The notes under the pieces are model-generated. The model was not told the DNA's origin, did not search any database, and saw only the letters and a list, made by a program, of their open reading frames with translations. Of a stretch of DNA of 64,000 nucleotides, positions 63,780-64,000 are shown one piece after another. The first letter of the stretch is position 1. Every line of letters starts with the position of its first letter. Both the position numbers and the translations under genes were made by a program. Origin of the DNA: Mobula hypostoma (taxonomy: Eukaryota); assembly GCF_963921235.1 (NCBI RefSeq), contig NC_086097.1:208384001-208448000 (forward strand), given 5' to 3'.

Positions 63780-64000
63780 TAGTTTAAAATACAGTTCATT
63801 TACTTACAGTGATACACATTTGAATCCACACATTCTTAAAACACCTTTAAAACTCACAGAGAATTTCTATCTCATATACAGTATGTTGACAGGCCAACTA
63901 GGGGGAATGCCATACTAGGTCTAGTATTAGGTAACGAACCGGGTCAGGGGGACGGTGACCACCACTCCCTGGCCTTTAGCATTATCATAGCAAAGGATAG

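Larger units (their letters stand above)
60689..63845 (-). repeat. 5' LTR remnant of the foamy-like ERV, split by a full-length Penelope
   Basis: It begins TG at 60689 on the plus strand (the CA terminus on minus). It is homologous to 31918-32272 once the Penelope at 60828-63779 is removed. Confidence 0.7.
31918..64000 (-). mobile_element. Degraded endogenous foamy-virus-like (spumavirus) provirus, interrupted by many younger TEs; the 5' LTR runs off the window
   Basis: Foamy-type pol and env remnants lie in retroviral order on the minus strand. They are bracketed by homologous LTR-like direct repeats at about 31.9-32.3 kb and about 60.7/63.8 kb, and a PBS-like motif adjoins the right copy. 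Confidence 0.8.

Noticed and set aside
1..64000. CRISPR arrays or prokaryotic systems
   Set aside because: The sequence is eukaryotic. The recurring short motifs are retroelement ends, not regularly spaced repeats.

Overview
This window is repeat-rich vertebrate DNA, most likely from a cartilaginous fish such as a ray (inferred from its Penelope/CR1/Rex repeat set). The left half (about 4.9-31.5 kb, minus strand) holds the CpG-rich promoter and coding exons 1-7 of TCEA1 (TFIIS), including a U12-type AT-AC intron. The remaining exons were not found and probably lie left of the window. The right half (31.9 kb to the window end) appears to be one old, degraded endogenous foamy-virus-like (spumavirus) provirus on the minus strand. 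It shows paired LTR remnants, a degenerate PBS, a gag-position region, PR-RT-RNaseH-IN pol and a foamy-type env (leader, SU, furin site, TM). A second copy of the env 5' segment follows the env end. Younger elements have broken up the provirus: a Gmr1-like SCAN-gag Gypsy element that itself contains a Nimb/I-group LINE, Rex/Babar LINEs, CR1s, and Penelope elements carrying hammerhead ribozyme motifs. The presumed 3' LTR ends about 600 bp upstream of the TCEA1 start codon, in the same orientation. All homology calls come from manual translation and recalled family motifs; no database search was run.
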